The position numbers and the translations under genes are program-made. From Balanoglossus misakiensis (taxonomy: Eukaryota > Animalia > Hemichordata): a stretch of 64,000 nt of DNA. The stretch spans positions 11,597,129 through 11,661,128 of the forward strand of contig CM082576.2 in assembly GCA_040954595.2 (NCBI GenBank), given 5' to 3'. Positions 26,868-46,135 of this stretch are shown here, piece after piece; within the stretch, counting starts at the first letter, position 1; each line of letters opens with the position of its first letter. A model generated the notes under the pieces. The model did not search any database. It worked only from the letters and a program-made list of their open reading frames with translations, and was not told where the DNA came from.

Positions 26868-29588
26868 TCATGGATGCCGTCTCTCCTTGAGATGAGATTC
26901 AGATGTATCGATTTCATCAGAGTGAGATCCAGTCGGGAGTTGGTCGAGTTCCTCCGCCACTGAAATTTAACATCACGAAACTTGTTGTTAATCCGCAATC
27001 ATTTCAGAGATGATTTAGACCTACGACGCGCACATTGAGCGCGATCTAAAAGTAGGCCGCACTTTGTGTGCAGTACTACTAGTATCAGGAATATGTCATT
27101 GAAAGAGGCTGGATCTACTCACCTTGGTTTAATTTTTGATATTTGTGCGCGGTTCCTCTTCTCATGTCGAAACCAACAATTCTAATTAATTTAAAAAAAA
27201 CAGACGGGAGTTAAGCGATATAACAAACGTCTTCTATTTGCAATATGGTAATTTACACAAATGATAATTGTTATCGATAATTAAAAACTTCTTAATTAAA
27301 GAATTAGTTTTGAAATTCGTCACTTACTGTAGTAGCAAAATGGGTATAAATATCATGATCGCCATGACAACAAAACTGAACCCTGGACTGAACGACAGCG
27401 TGACAGGATAGAGATGGTTGAACAGCATCGACCCAAGCATGATGAATAACGGTTCCAGCGATGCCGTGGCAGCGAACATTGCACCTGAATGGAAGTGGGA
27501 CCAAAATCAAGAATCAATAAAATAAATTTGTTTTCTTGTCATATTGCTTCCGAGGCCACTTGGTATTATAAAGCTTAGCTTTCGAAATGTCATCTGCGAT
27601 TTTACCAATTTCAAAGGAGAACTGGCATTTGAGTAAGGTGTCGAGAATAAGGTAATGAGGGACTTACCTAATTCATGTTGATCAACCAATTTGGAACGAA
27701 GGGACGGCAGGATAACCATGAACATCGGTGAAACCAGACAGGTTAAAGATGCTGGAAATATAAAAATTATTGGACAGTAAATACTTGGGCTGCAACCGAT
27801 AAAATTTCATAGGAAAGAGAAGACAGTTTCAAACTGGAAGATTGGGGTGATTTGGTACCCACTGGATAGCCCCTGGCGAAGACTGGGTGTACATTTGTGC
27901 ACCGGGAGGTTTTTTCTATGGGAATGTGATCGTCTCACCGAATCAGTCTAATTATTATAATCAATCTGTTTCTCAAACACATTACTGTAAATTTCTGTGT
28001 GTGTTTATTTTGTATTGAACGTCAAGATGGTGTGTTCATTTCTGTTTTTCTTTTATAACCATGCATTAGACAACACAGATATGCGCAAACCTACATGCAA
28101 ACATCATCCACGTCGTTGATGCTATCGAGATCAAAACGAAACCAACGGCAGAAAATAAGAAACCAATCTGGGCCACCGTTACATCGTGTAAACGCGTCTG
28201 AGCGCTGGTGCACTTGGCGTAGACTGGGTATACGACTAACAGCGCCAGCGATTGGAGAACGTTATTGAAAGCCATGTATGCACCCAGGGTTGAAGCGGTC
28301 CAGTTGAGCGGCCTGTGCTGGGTGTACAGGACGATTAGGTCAACCTGACCTGCGGAAATAAAAATGCAGAAGTATTAAAAAGACACGACATATAAGACTG
28401 TCAGTGAGAAATGGATGACGTCGACTCATTTGCATACCTTCACCTAACGTGACCAATCGTTCAGCAAAGATGGTTTAAGGCCAATAATCTAAACTAGATA
28501 TTACTAGTATACATAAATTTGCTTGGCTTGGATCCACTTTGGCGTTTGCGGTTTATGTCGACCACCTGTTGAGTTGAACTTGAACTCATGCAGTCAGACC
28601 AGCGTATAGTCGGATGCTGTTGGCCCTACAGCAGACGATTGGCTTTTGGTCGTACAGTTGCTATAAACGCTGCCAAAATCGGCCTAGAGACCACGGAAAA
28701 TAATAACTAGATTGGGACAGATATATTGTGTACAATACCTGCCAGACAGAGCATGAGCAGGAAATTGATGCTGATGAGAATCAAAAGATGCTTCCGCTTG
28801 TTGCCCTCTCTCCTCTTAAATGTCACCGTGACAGCCCTTTTGGCGTTGCTAAGGCGACACAATCCTGCGCACGGGTGGTTCTTCCTTTCGCTCGAGGCTG
28901 AAGCATTTGGGACGTGGTCATCGTTCTTCGAGCGGAGGGATTCTTTGACTCTGACCAACACGTATATAATTAGTAATACATGAAGGGACACGAAGGTGAT
29001 GTATATGGCCGAGAACCCGAACCGGTCCTTCAGCAGACCGCCGGTCAAAAGTCCAAATGTTCCGCCCACAAAAATCATAGCATGGAGCAAACCGATGCGT
29101 TTTGTCCTCGTGTCTGGGTTGGTTATATCGGAAATATAACTGACGGTCAGGACGTTGAACGTTCCGAACCCCCCGGCAGAGCCCAAGAGAAACCCGGCCG
29201 CCAGCAATAATTGATAGGGCAATTGCATGTACAATGAACTTAGAAGTAAAACTATTCCCGCCAACGCGGCCCCGGTGGACGGGATCAGCAGGGGGATTTT
29301 TCTGCCGATGGTGTCACTCCACGTACAGATGAACAAGGCGCTGACCATGTTGGGGACGGCCGTGCTGGCCGTCAGGTAGAACACCCAGTGCGACGACACC
29401 GTCTGTACGTGGTCTTCGGCTTGCGGGAACACGTTCAAATTCTGGCACACGGTGTCGTTGTACAGACTCCTGCATATTTTGTGAATTAACAGTTGCTGGC
29501 TGGCCGGGCCCTGCATGAAGATGGCCCAGGTGAACAGCAGACACGCCGGCTCCACAGTCACTAAGCGCAGGATATCCAAAATTCCCAT
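26868..29588 (-). CDS. MFS transporter, SLC46 family (proton-coupled folate transporter / SLC46A3-like)
   Basis: Exons 29588-28739, 28349-28095, 27751-27668, 27484-27328, 27181-27123, 26959-26868 join in frame. Motifs VTVEPACLL, WSDTIGRKIPL, SYISDIT..RTKR and LRSKLVDQHELGAMFA are present. Confidence 0.88.
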
Positions 29589-30150
29589 TGTGAAATAAAT
29601 ATGTTCCGTTAATATATTCTCATTTGTCTATACGATCCAGTACCAAGTTCAACAGATCATCTCTCCGCCCCAGTGGTCAAAGTGTACGCGTGCCGGCCGG
29701 CAACATACATCGACACGTGTCAACATTGACCATTGTATGGTTTCCTCATGGTCATTCCACGTGACTGAGTGACTCAGCTGAACATTCTACACCGTATTTA
29801 AAACATAGTTACGGTTGTGATCCGAGCTATCGTAGGCAGTACCGGGATAGAAACAAGGGGACCTCAGACCGGAAGATGGCGATGATGACGTGTTTTCCTG
29901 GTTTAATAATTAGAGGCCTTCAGCGGATGAGCGGCGTTTAACCTTTAACTTGCATTCAACAATGCATAAGCCATCAATTGGCTTTTGTTTGACTGCAATG
30001 ATCTACTTGCTCGCAGTCAAAAGTCAATTTAGGTAGCACAGGGCTGTATTGTCACATTATAAGGATTGTTTACACCAATGATTATACAAATCAATGTCCA
30101 TTTGCCTTCAAAACTTTACCAGTAATATAATATTTTTGCTTGTATTGGCT

Positions 30151-30181
<31 letters not shown>

Positions 30182-30671
30182 GGGGAGAGACTGTGTCGTA
30201 GTCCAAGATATAGATCTGAATCACATAAGAGATCCTTTTCCAATAAATATATTTTATTGAATGAGAGACACACAAAATATTCCAAACTTAATATCCAAAA
30301 TGGAAAACTCAAGTTTACATAAAGGGGATTTCTATTTTTGATAGAATAAAGTTAGAAAACACTTATTTATACTTCTACAACAAATTTCTCTAGTTTATGC
30401 AAATTCGATCAAAGTTTCTATACTCATACTGGATTCTACACTGGTGATGTTACATGGCAGTGTTGAACACACTCGCACGTGAAAACTGAATTGCAAAGTC
30501 AAACTTCGGCTGAGGACCATATATCAGCTGACCATGACGGTTACATGACATTTTATCAGGAAATAAATGTGTATTTCATGGATTATGAGGAACTTCACCA
30601 TCTGATCTGTCTACAATTAAGTACTTCTTTGTTCCACAAGTCCAATCTGATGTCTCACGTCGGTCAAATGT

Positions 30672-37365
<6,694 letters not shown>

Positions 37366-37396
37366 CTTGCTTACAGTAATGTGTTCACGTGTCAAA

Positions 37397-37408
37397 TTTG
37401 GCGCGAAA
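37397..37408 (-). promoter_or_regulatory. E2F binding site (TTTCGCGCCAAA on minus strand) about 30 bp upstream of the MCM5 ATG
   Basis: Exact match to the classical overlapping E2F element. MCM genes are established E2F targets. Confidence 0.75.
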
Positions 37409-38323
37409 TTCAGCACCACGCGTATTTACATGTAAATATGAAGTTTGGTTATTTTCAGTCCCAAGATTCGTTTGAAGACACCAAAGTAAAAGAAAAGTTT
37501 TATTTTGGTAATAATAAAACGCACTGGATATTGACATGACCACACTTCTTTCTATTTACTTTCTTCATAAATGGAAAGGGAGAAAATGTACTAGTGGGTC
37601 AGTCATGACGTCATCCTTGGCCGCACACACACGTGTACGTTTCCTTTCAGATCAGACGCTGGCGGCGTACAAGCGAAAAACGTGTCCCCAGCTGGCGTTG
37701 CCATGGTCCCCTGAGAGTGAGGATGACCAGGATCCCACAACAGCAAAATGTTATTGTGGCAATGAAAGTGACATAAGAACAAGTAAATGAACAACAAAAC
37801 ACTGCCATAATAGTAGATAGACCCCGCCGCTGGTAGCACATCAGTCTACCATGGCTACTAGAAAAATATGTCTGTTGTCTGCTTGTTCAATGCAAACGTT
37901 GTCTTCCAATCACCAAAGTCACGTGTAAACGTGCCTAAAAGTTGTAGAGTAGTTTAGCTGCTGTTGATAGACCTTGAATTAGAAGATATTGATAATTTGG
38001 GGTCAATACCCCCCCCCCCCCCTATGCAAATAGCTCTCCGTGTATGGAGCGGAGATGGGCACGGCCGTGGGCAGCATCTACGGTGATTGATGATTGGTTG
38101 AGAGATGTACACATGATGAGCGAGGCCAGTCAGTCGAGTTGCGTCACAGCTCTATTTCCGTCAATCCAAGCTGATTGGTGCAACGTGACCGGCGAATGTC
38201 GTCACATCACGCCGGTTGTTGTCCACAGTATGGAGTGAATTACTTACGTACATTCAGAATCAGATCAGCTGTAGTTTTTTTCACTGCACTGTGCGTCACA
38301 ACAGATCGCTCAATTTGGGAACC

Positions 38324-38937
38324 ATGGCCCTCGTAACGAGGACTCTAACCAGATTAACGAGGAATACGTATTTACAACAGAAAGCATGCCGCTACTACAA
38401 TAATAACCACAGACATCACTACAACGTTGGTGTAGTAGGTTTTCCGTTCTGCAAAGGACAGGTACGTTACAATCACTGTGTGTCGGCAACTCGAGCAATT
38501 CACACGCGAACTGTTGACGCCGCGATGTATATTTTTAAAGGCGATCAGCTGATCTCTGACTGTCTCATGAATGAAGCCCTACCACGCAACACTTGACCCA
38601 TATTCCCATACCCGCCGTCAAAAGTGCAATGATACAGAAAGGGGCAATGTGAACGTAGGTGATCGAGTTCATTGTCTTGAATACTAGCAACTGTGGGTTT
38701 CGTTTGTATCAAATTTTGCTAATGTCGAATGCGTGTTATACATCTATGGACATTCCCCGACATCCTGTGGCCTTTTGAAATTGAACATGGACACAGACAT
38801 GCAGATTTTAGGGTTAGGGCTGGCTCATTCATACGAGACACGCAAACAAACAAACAACATGGTACAATCGATTGTTGTCGACAATGTGTTATTTTGGGTT
38901 GAGACCTGCACCACTCATATTACACTTGTATTATTAA

Positions 38938-39017
<80 letters not shown>

Positions 39018-39039
39018 CCACCACCATCACCACAATTAT

Positions 39040-39086
<47 letters not shown>

Positions 39087-42000
39087 GTTCAGATTTACAT
39101 AATATCATTAATATGGATTCATTTCATCTTGTATTCTAGCCCAAGCCAGGAGTAAGAAGTGGGCCGGGTGCTATGAGACAAGCTGGACTGATTGAAAAAA
39201 TTCAACTGCTTGGTTAGTCTCTTTATTTCAATAAAAGTTAACAACTGCAAATTTATGAAGTTGTCAATTAATTTAATAGTTATTCAATGACTATGAAATA
39301 ATTGACAACTTCATTAATTATTGAAGAAGTCTAAGTACTTTCTGTTTAGTAAACTGGTCACGAAATATATTTAAGTACAAATTTAACTTTGCAGGAGAAG
39401 TGGCATGGTACATTGAGCAACGTCTGGAAATTATTAACCAACATCCCCCCTGTATTTTGGTCTGGCTGCAAGGCAGAATTCCTTACCCCTGTTCTTTGTA
39501 GTAATATAGGCCATGGCCGAGTTAAAGATTAAAGCTCACAGCTGACTTTGCTTATGAACCTCTGCAGGAATATACTTTATCCTGTTGAATGTGTTTGCAA
39601 TTTATATTGCAAGAACTGAACAGGTCCGTTGACATCATTTGTATTGCACTGTAGGCAAATTAGCCGTTTATGGCTGTGTGGGAAGATGTCATTCAATGCC
39701 GCCTTTATTTGGCATACCGGTTTTTGTTGGTAGCAGTGCGACCTTTGCCAAGTAGGTCGCTGAGGTCTTGGGTTAATGGATGCGGAGGTCCAGTAATCAA
39801 GATATACTATATGCGCCACACTTGGTCCTTTACGCTATAATATAATGGAATAACAGATTATAGAAATTAACTGTGGTCGGGTCGACGCACATGGACAGAT
39901 TTTACAATCAAAAAGATGTTCAGATGTAAACTTTGAATTCCAGATGCAGACTTGTGGAATTTTCTAGAAATGCTTTAGTTAAAACGTATTGTAGACAATG
40001 TAATGGAATGGGTAATCATTCTTTTTTCGTAGAACTTTGACCCAGTGAGAGTTTTGGCATGCAATTAAACTGTGGTTTTGAAAAAAATATCTTGCATCAC
40101 AAACCACCCAAGTTGCTGTTTTAGGTTTACATTGTATTTAAATCAGTGACACATTTTGTATTCAGAAGTATGTTTTTCTCTTGTGTTTTTGCCCTTTTGT
40201 AAAGTTCTTTTCTGTCCTCCCTGTAAATAAATTGGTCCCAATTGTTGCTTGTGTATCAAGTATAACTAGTATCTGATAAAATCATATCTTAATAACAAAG
40301 ACACATACTGAGTAGTAAATCAGACTTGAAATAATGTGGCCATGTCTCCTTATAGAGTATACCAGAGCTGAGTAGAGCAGTAGAAAAATCAGCGGCAGAA
40401 AATGTATTTTATGACATTTTTAACTGATGTGTGCTGCATAATCATATTTTTCACCCGCAGAAAAGGACGTCAAAGACTACGGGGACTTGGTGTTTGACGA
40501 GGTCAAAGATGACCCTCCGTACATGGGAAAGATAAAAAACCCAAGATATGTTGGGTCGGCAAATAAAAAGGTGACTGAAATACCACTTCAACCCCACTGA
40601 TCCTTGTGTACTCTTGTCTGACCCAGTAGTTTTGAAATGGTTAATGGCTTTTGAAACTGGCTGATGGGTTAGACTCAGAAAAAATCTCCCAGTACCCCAT
40701 TTGCCAGTACTGCAAGGCCTGGTAATAGAGGGACTCACATATCATATGGAAAACCCTTGAGTGAAAAGGGGCATTGTTTTGTCTTCAATGATGTACTTTT
40801 GCATACATGTTGTCATTACATACCATAGTTCCCAGATCACATATATTCCCAAACGTTTTAGCGAATGTCTGAGTTGGATGACAATATTCCACAATACTTA
40901 GTTTTTTTTTGTGTGTGTGTGTCTGCATTTGCAAATTAAATTTCAGATTTCCGACACTGTCGCACAAATCATCAGAGACGGCCGGCTCTGCGTCAGCCTT
41001 GGCGGCGACCACGCCATCACCATAGGAACGCTGCACGGTCACGCCCAGGCCCAACCCGACGTCAGCGTGATCTGGGTGGATGCCCACGTCGACATCAACA
41101 CTCCCTTGACGTCGCCTTCCGGCAATATCCACGGCACTCCGGTGTCGTACCTGGTGCACGAGCTGGAAGAGTATGTGCCGGTCATGCCGGGATTCGAATG
41201 GGTGAAACCCTGCATCTCGGCCAAGGATATTGCATTCATCGGAGTCAGGGACATAGACCCTGGTGAGAGGTAAGTACATGCAGTTTCAAGCCTTATTGGT
41301 GTTATTTTGTGAAAAAAAAACCTTTTCTTTCAGGGTATTATAACTTCTTTTTTGATATTTTCTTTAAACGTTGTTTTATACCATTTTCTGTTACTCTCAC
41401 TTGGTTTTGAAAAGTTTTCATTTCAGGCAATGTGTATGTAATGGTCATCCGTTCCATATTACACAGATGTGATGCATTAAAATTGTATTACTTCAATGTG
41501 AATGAAATGATATTTTATATACGTTTATTAGGTTCATCATCGAAAAGCTCGGATTGAAGTGTTTCTCAATTCACGACATTGATAAGCTGGGCATTGTTGA
41601 AGTCTTGAAGAGAGCAATGGACGCTGTTAATCCACAGTACGTATAATGTCGTCTTACTGATTTCATATATCGACGTAAAACGGGACAGGAAAACCTGAAA
41701 AATCTTTGTCAGTGTGAACATCACGGCACTCGGTTATTTAATCACCACTGTACTCCAGACAGAAGACCTATTGAACTGACTTTTTTTTCTCATCCTGTGT
41801 GTCTGTCTGTGTCTAGTCGTGACAGGTCTTTCCACATCAGCTTTGATATTGATTCACTGGATCCGACATTTGCATTCAGCACAGGAACACCTGGTGAGTT
41901 TAATGTTTCATTTCAAAATTGAAAAAAAAGTTTTTAAGGTTTTAGCACACAGGAAATGCTCCTCTTGCATATTTTAAAGTAAACATTGAATGTTACATAA

Positions 42001-42649
42001 CAAAAATTGTGGTTTGTTGAGTTTTGTGTCTCAATGTTGACATAACTGCTAACCATTTTTTCCACGTTCATTATCAGTATTTGGAGGACTGTCCTTCAGG
42101 GAAGGAATGTATATTGTTGAAGAAGTTGGCTCCACTGGTAAGTCTCTTTAAGTGCTTTACCATCCACTGCAGCCTCAGTCTTTCTCTGTGATTCTGTTCT
42201 TATTTTGATAAAAACTTTGTGAAGGTGATTATCTATTCATGTGTACATTTACGAGTTATGCAAAAAACAAACGAATGAAAAAACATAATGTAACTACTAG
42301 AGGGCGCTTTACACACTAGGCCAAATATTACACTGAAGGATTTGGGGGATCTAATCCCTATGAAGACTTGTTCAGTGTTATAGGAAAGCAAGTTAAATGA
42401 GATTGTCTGTCAAGTTCAACTGTTTCTGCACTGTTTCTCTCATTACCAGGTTTGTTGACGGCCATCGACATGGTGGAAGTGAATCCCGAACTCGGAGATA
42501 AGCTCTTCAAGGAACGAACTGTGGGTTCGGCTGTCGAAGTCCTGACTGCGGCTATTGGCAAGAGAAGGCACGGAAACTTTCCCAGCTTCTACGATCTGCC
42601 CAAACCATCTTCTGTCAAGTCCAAAGCCGTTTCTGCTGCTGATACATGA
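38324..42649 (+). CDS. ARG2: Arginase with N-terminal mitochondrial-type presequence
   Basis: Exons 38324-38461, 39140-39212, 40461-40570, 40947-41269, 41532-41636, 41817-41893, 42078-42137, 42450-42649. Motifs LGGDHAI, WVDAHVDINTP..SGNIHGTPV, SFDIDSLDP..TGTP and DMVEVNP are present. The N-terminus is Arg/Thr-rich with no acidic residues. Confidence 0.95.
38938..39086. repeat. (CAT)n microsatellite in arginase intron 1
   Basis: Two long CAT runs separated by a short CAC-rich spacer. Confidence 0.95.
39255..39314. repeat. 60-bp intronic hairpin
   Basis: ATGAAGTTGTCAATTA (39255-39270) is the exact reverse complement of TAATTGACAACTTCAT (39299-39314). The inner segment also pairs imperfectly. 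Confidence 0.8.
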
Positions 42650-45606
42650 CCATGACGTGACACGGGTATCCCACTGCAAAGGGCAGCTACCTTCATCGAG
42701 AAGAAAAAGTGTGTGACCTTGGCAACATGTGACCCTGACCATGAATACTGATTTTAGCCACTGATTCTTTTAACAGTCATCAATTAACATATTACAGGTC
42801 AGCATGTGCTACCTGTACTGATAGCAGCGGGAATTCTGAGGAAAATGTGGTTCAAACTTGTTTGAAGATACTGAGGGTTTTTTAAACTGTATTATATCGT
42901 AAAAGAAACTTCTTTGGTGTATGAATTTTTTCTTAGGATAGCACAGTGCCTAATCTTAGTTTATATCTGTGAAGCATATTTCAGTGTTTATAATCAACAA
43001 ATTTGGTACTCGTATTAGAAACTAGCAACAGGGTATATTTGATAAACTTGAGATTTAATATATCATCCATCCTCTTAGGTGTCAATTTCACTTCCACAGT
43101 AATAATTCTTTTTCCTGACAGACCATGATGAACTTTCTTGTTGTACGTCTTCCTGATTTTGATTGAACTCTTCATTCTGCCATAAATTCACACACAGGTA
43201 AAAAACGGTCTGTTGGTAAACTATTGTAAAACTTAGACGGGTAGATTTTCCATGTACCGTAATTGAATAACTAGGAAATAATAACAATAACACTAGGTTG
43301 TGAATATTTGTTTTTCCCTTTTTTCTAAAATGGATAGTTTTACTTTATTAAAGTAATTTCTGGGATATGGTGACTATTGTTAAGTTACGTCCAGTATGTT
43401 AAAGCAGGTGCCCCTAGCTACTTTATGTATATATTCTAACATTCTAGTATCATGTCGAAGTCTAGAAAAGATTACTTTCATAACATTATAAATATGGCTT
43501 GATGATTTCTTAAACTGCAGGGTACAACCAGTGATGGTGTCAATTTATAAATATATTGTAATATATATGTTTCATCCTAGAAATTTTAGAGTTCCTTTTT
43601 TAAAATCTTTATTTCCATGTTCTGTAACCTACATTGCCAGAATGTATGAATTTGGGATAGACAGGGTGATATGTTGATATGTGATTTTGTATGGTGTTTC
43701 GAATTGTGTGGAAACTTAAAAATGCATTCAGCAAAAAATAATAATAATTCTTTCACAATTTATATGCTTTGAAATCAGGCAGGATGGTATCAAAATTTTA
43801 TTTGGGCATTGACTGTTGAGCACATCACATGACATTGGTTTTTCTTCATTGTTTTATTCTTGTACAAAGGCAACTGACATTTTACAATTGCTTTCCTTCA
43901 GTGCAAGTTTAAAGTCTAGTTATATCCCACAAAACGTGTTTTCGAGCTCAATTTTGTAACTCAGGGATTTTTAGTGATTTTTGTTTAACTTTTGCGATAG
44001 AGTTGAGCCGTTCATTGAAGTGTAGGGTGTATTAACATCCAGGACAGGACATTCCTGGTCACATTTAACATTAGAGAGCAAATAATGTTTAAACTGAAAA
44101 AAGGTGGTGAAACTTTACCAATCTCCGACCTGCAAGTCTGTTGCACAAGTTGCCTGATAGAGCGTGGTGCTATGCAGCAATAACCCCCTTCATACTGTGG
44201 CTTATTTCACATTCAGTCTCAGATTTCAGATCATTTTTCAGGTGGAATTTGTAGAAAACGACAAAAACTGCCACAGTAATATTTACTCTTCATTGTGTAC
44301 ATAAGGATTTTTTTGTCTAGGAAGATGCATTTTATGAAAAAGAATATCACCAGGGCAGCCCAAATATAGAACTGTGAGAAATTGTAACAGAATGCTCTCC
44401 TGTCTGTGATATGCTTGTGGGCTCATATTTCTTTATTTGGGCTGTAATATATTTAAGATTTTGAAAAGTAGACCTGTACAAGAAAGCAGAAGTGTGTGAC
44501 AGTTTATTATTGTAAACAATATTCCTTTTCCAAGTTCATTTTATGTTTTGTCAACTGCAGCTAGTTTGTGTTATTGCTTGAGTGTCTATACCATGTACAC
44601 ATTTTAAATTGATATGAGGAAAAATGTTTTTCTTTTCATGTGAAAATATTGTAAACGATAGTCTTGTGCTCATAACATATTATAATGCTGCTACTCTTCT
44701 TGAATTTGTATCCTGTCACTATTTATATTTAGTAGTGTTAACTTTGAATTAGATTTGGAACTCCAGAAAAAGGGATCCATTTTCAAACTTCAAGTAAATG
44801 CCTTACAATAGACCAGCAGTACCTACATGAGATACTGTGGTTGAAAAAACAAAACAATCTCAATGGTGCTTAAGTTATTTGTATTTTAATATAGAAATTG
44901 TTGCAACTGTAGCAGTTACATGACCTGTGCTGTCTGTATTGAAATCTTGACACCCATGAAAAAAAGATTATGCATGGATTGTAAAATGTCATTTTATCTC
45001 TTATAATGTCAAAAAAAAATGAAAATTTACACAGTAATACCACATTTTGAAGAAATTAATAAAATGTTGATTTTTAACAGACTTTGTGTGGTTAAATGAA
45101 GACGTACACAAGTGTATAGTCAAACAAAGCACGAAGACCGGTTTTTATTGCGTTCTATTCTGCATACTAAATGACAGTTGAGTCTGCATGTTCATTCATG
45201 TGCACTTGGCCTCTGATTTGACTACAAGGGCCAATTTGGGGTCATGCTACTGGGTATAAACCCAAGATGACCCTCAATTTCACACAATAGTGGCCGGCAA
45301 GTAAAGCTATGCAGTTTATACATATCATAATTCATATAAAACTGCATGGAAGATTCAGGTGTTGATCCTAGCTATAAGTTGACAGATTTGATTGATGTAA
45401 AGTATAATTCCATGTCTGTTTTTGCTTGTGACCCCACAGGAAATTTGGCAATTAACTGTTTCAACATACATGTACATGTCCTTGACATTCAATATATGAC
45501 CCAGTCTCTGCAGTTTGAATGACTGGTGATTATTCGTCTCTGCAAAGAGATGCATTGATACGCTCAGGCACTATCTATTATTTTGAAGGTCACTCACTCA
45601 CAGGTC

Positions 45607-45771
45607 ACTATCCACGTTCATGTGTGGAGTGACTGTGTTTAAATGTAAGCTCCTCCCACCTCACATTAACCTTGAACTTGACCGGGTGCCCCACTCTGCA
45701 TTGACACAGTAATGTGAGGTGGGAGGAGCTTACATTTAAACACAGTCACTCCACACATGAACGTGGATAGT
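45607..45771. repeat. Perfect inverted repeat, 62-bp arms with 41-bp spacer (MITE-like)
   Basis: ACTATCCACGTTCATGTGTGGAGTGACTGTGTTTAAATGTAAGCTCCTCCCACCTCACATTA (45607-45668) has its exact reverse complement at 45710-45771. Confidence 0.92.
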
Positions 45772-45876
45772 TCATGTAAGGACTCCACACTCACAGTGAC
45801 GAAAGTTATTTATAGCTCTGGGTGTATTTTATGGATTTTCCTGCATGTAGATAAAATATAAATGAAATCAAAGAGT

Positions 45877-45942
<66 letters not shown>
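45877..45942. repeat. (GATA)n tetranucleotide microsatellite
   Basis: Uninterrupted ATAG run about 200 bp upstream of the ACSS1 ATG. Confidence 0.95.
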
Positions 45943-46077
45943 TTCATGTGACATGATATTTTATTGAACACGGTCGCCGGGGTCAGTCGGGGTGACAACT
46001 TGTCAATGTGGATGGAGATTTATATGAGACTCTGACTGAGAGTGCCGCAGCGCGAACACAATATAGCGGGAGAAACT

Positions 46078-46098
46078 CACGTGCGCGACCTTTGACCT
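46078..46098. promoter_or_regulatory. E-box (CACGTG) plus DR1-like nuclear receptor element (CGACCT-T-TGACCT) just upstream of the ACSS1 ATG
   Basis: Motifs seen directly at 46078-46083 and 46086-46098. Function is inferred only. Confidence 0.35.
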
Positions 46099-46135
46099 CA
46101 ATCAATATCAAAACAACAACGGGCTGCACATCAAG

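Noticed and set aside
38733-39155. ORFs with poly-Ser/His/Met/Asp runs (also 13765-14152)
   Set aside because: They are translations of intronic trinucleotide microsatellites.
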